Shown here: positions 51,014 to 64,000 of the stretch, in pieces | How positions within the stretch are numbered: the first letter of the stretch is position 1 | How the letters are laid out: every line of letters starts with the position of its first letter | Source of the DNA: the human T2T-CHM13v2.0 reference genome, Homo sapiens | Direction of reading: 5' to 3' | Assembly: GCA_009914755.4 (NCBI GenBank) | Contig: CP086569.2 | Location: 51,296,001 to 51,360,000 of the forward strand | DNA: 64,000 nucleotides | The notes under the pieces: model-generated | What the model was told of the DNA's origin: nothing | Databases searched by the model: none | What the model saw: the letters and a program-made list of their open reading frames with translations, nothing else | Position numbers and translations under genes: made by a program

Positions 51014-53429
51014 TATACATTATGTATATAATAATATACAGTATCATATATATAATATATATAACCTATGTATAATATTGTTTTACATCCTGCATCTTAT
51101 GTTATATATATTGTATAAAATATAATAATTGATAATATATAAGTTTTATAATTATACAATATGACATATAGTATATATTATAATTTATGACATATATAAT
51201 ATATGTTATATATCATATATAGAATATATTATACGGTTAATATACGTATTAAATATAAATTATACATTATATATATTATATATAATATATCTGTTATATA
51301 TAATACCCATTATGCATAATATATATATTATGTCTATGTTATATATAGTATAAAACAACATATAATAATATATAATTGTATATAGAAAACGCGACATATA
51401 ATATATATTATATTTTATGACATATGTAATATATATTATATATTATATAAAATACGTTGTATGTATACCTATATTAAATATATATTATATGACTATGTTA
51501 TTAATTACATGTCACATATGTTATATATTATATATTTTACATAGAATATACCGGTTACATACAATATATACTATGTTACCTACAATGTATAATTGATTAC
51601 ATGTAAAATAAAGAATGCAATATATTATATATAATTTATAATATACAATATGTGGAATGTGATATATATAACATATAATGTATGATATATGATATACAGT
51701 ATATGATATATAACATACAATATATGATTCCTAATATATATGGTATACAATATATATTTTATGATATGTATTCTATATGTTTTATATTCTGTTATATATA
51801 ACTATTTGAAATTATATATAACTGTATAATATTTTATGTAAATATGTAATATAATATATATAACTATATAATATATTATATATAACTATATATTATGTTA
51901 TATATACTTTTATAACATAATTTACATAAAATATCATAATATAATATATATTATATTATTTCATATTACATAATATATATTACATATCACCCAATATAAG
52001 TAACATACATAATATTATAATATAGATTATATTATGTTATATTAAATATCATATATATCATGTATCATATATTCTATAATCTATATTATACATTATATAA
52101 TATGTATGTTGTCTATTATGTGATATATATAACTATATATATAATTATATTATTATACATATAACTAGATAAACATGTAATTCTACATATTTTCATTTAT
52201 AATATATAGAATTATATAAACATATATAATTATTTATATTCTATAAAAAATTATATCATTATATAAATTATAATATATAAAAATTATAATATGTAGTACA
52301 AATATATATATTATATATCTTATATGATATAGTACCTTTGTTATATATCATAATACATAAAAATGTGTATTATATTACCTATAATTATATAATTTCATAT
52401 ATAAGATGTATAATATGTATCATATATTATATATGTTATGTAATATATATAGTATATATAAGATGACACAGGATAAATATTATATACTATGACATATAAA
52501 ATATATGAGGTTATATGTTACATATAAGGCATAGCACATAACATGTAATATATATCATATATAATTTTTTTTTGACAGAGTCTTGTCCTGTTGCACAGGG
52601 TGGGGTACAATGGCGCCATCTTTGCTCACTGCAACTTCTGCCTCACAGGTCCAAGCGATTGTCCTCCCTCAGCCTCCCAGGTAGCTGGGACTACACCACA
52701 CTGGGACTACACCAGCTGCCACCATGCCTAGCTAATTTTTTGGATTTTTAGTAGTGACAGCGTTTCACTGTATTGGCCAGGATGGTCTTGATCTCTTCAC
52801 CTTGTGATCCCCTTGCCTTGGCCTCCAAATTTGCTGGGATTACAGGCCTGAGCCAAGATCCATATTTTTTAAATGAAAAAAAATTTCAAAGGTACTCTGC
52901 TTGGTACAATAATCAAATGTATAAACTGAGGAATAAAACATAACCATGAAACCTACTTATAACTGCATATGGAAAATACAGAGGATAATTTTTTAAATAA
53001 CATATTTTGAAAGCCTTAACTAGTAATTTGAAGAGTTGGCATTTGAAAGGCCTGTATGAATATACCTTCAAAGCAGCAACACAGGTTCCCCATGAGAAAA
53101 AGCAAACACAGGGAAAATAAAACCACAAAGGTTCAATCTCTTCTGACCTTTGAAAGACACAGCACAGACACTGGTCCTTAGGACGAAGAGCAGGAGACCC
53201 CTAATTCCGTCACCATGGCGATAGGGCATAAACATTGCTGGGTGAGGGCACAATCCACATTGTGAGGTCCAACTGCTGCCAGGAAGACAGGAGTGCTTTT
53301 ACATAGACCGAAAGGTCATTGAAGCCTCAGAGTTTTGTTTCAAGAACTGAATCCCAAGCCCACACGTTATTAGGCTGCGCTTCTTAAAACAGGTTATGAC
53401 ATGGGAAACAGGGCACCCACAAACATACG
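51014..53429. repeat. Array unit U21 (2416 bp)
   Basis: The Alu is identical in type to U20's. AT-domain variants tatagaaaacgcgac, tatagattatattatg and tctatattatac are shared with U1 and U22. Confidence 0.9.
52564..52855 (-). mobile_element. Old AluS-lineage element, unit U21 (mosaic)
   Basis: Same type as U20's Alu. Confidence 0.85.
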
Positions 53430-63111
<9,682 letters not shown>

Positions 63112-64000
63112 TATACATTATGTATATAATAATATACAGTATCATATATATAATATATATAACCTATGTATAATATTGTTTTACATCCTACATCTTATGT
63201 TATATATATTGTATAAAATATAATAATTGATAATATATAAGTTTTATAATTATACAATATGACATATAGTATATATTATAATTTATGACATATATAATAT
63301 ATGTTATATATCATATATAGAATATATTATACGGTTAATATACATATTAAATATAAATTATACATTATATATATTATATATAATATATCTGTTATATATA
63401 ATACCCATTATGCATAATATATATATTATGTCTATATTATATATATAGTATAAAACCACATATAATAATATATAATTGTATATATAAAATGCGACATATA
63501 ATATATATTATATTTTATAACATATGTAATATATATTATATATTATATATAATACGTTGTATGTATAATACCTATATTAAATATTTATTATATGACTATG
63601 TTATTAATTACATGTCACATGTGTTATATATTATATATTTTACATAGAATATACCGGTTACATACAATATATACTATGTTACCTATAATGTATAATTTCT
63701 TACATGTAAAATAAAGAATGCAATATATTATGTATAATTTATAATATACAATATGTGGAATGTGATATATATAACATATAATATATGATATATGATATAC
63801 AGTATATGATATATAACATACAATATATGATTCCTAATATATATGGTATACAATATATATTTTATGACATGTATTCTCTATGTTTTATATTCTGTTATAT
63901 ATAACTATTTGAAATTATATATAACTGTATAATATTTTATATAAATATGTAATATAATATATAACTATATAATATATTATATATAACTATATATTATGTT
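63112..64000. repeat. Array unit U26 (partial, AT domain only); near-identical to U24 and U25
   Basis: Shares the U24/U25 private variants up to the window end. Confidence 0.88.

Overview
The whole 64 kb window is one head-to-tail tandem array (a macrosatellite) of a composite unit about 2.41-2.42 kb long. There are about 26.4 copies, and the array runs off both window edges. Each unit has three parts: (i) a ~1.55 kb A+T-rich low-complexity domain (~85% A+T in a 100-bp sample); (ii) one old Alu of the AluS lineage in antisense orientation, ~292 bp, preceded on the + strand by its poly-T tail and carrying an internal 16-bp tandem duplication; (iii) a ~575 bp GC-normal core that I cannot assign to any family. 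The Alu content shows this is catarrhine primate genomic DNA. I see no credible protein-coding gene, rRNA, tRNA, CRISPR array or prokaryotic-style system. The ORF-track hits are repeat artifacts: TTG-start minus-strand ORFs copied with the unit, Tyr/Ile-rich ORFs from the AT-rich DNA, and one Alu-derived ORF. The only large structural variant is a young, 5'-truncated AluY-lineage insertion at 47370-47638, with a 24-A tail and 11-bp target-site duplications, in unit U19 (2699 bp). It postdates array expansion. Units split into an ancestral-like subfamily (type B, closer to Alu consensus) and a derived subfamily (type A). Type A forms a highly homogeneous block from 2.4 to 34 kb, apart from one 5-substitution cluster in U9 and the mosaic segments shared among U4, U5, U11, U12 and U14. 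Variant patterns are mosaic, consistent with gene conversion, and there are recent local duplications (the U11/U12 pair and the U24-U26 triplet). A 7-bp indel defines contiguous length classes. All coordinates are from manual reading and are accurate to about +/-3 bp.
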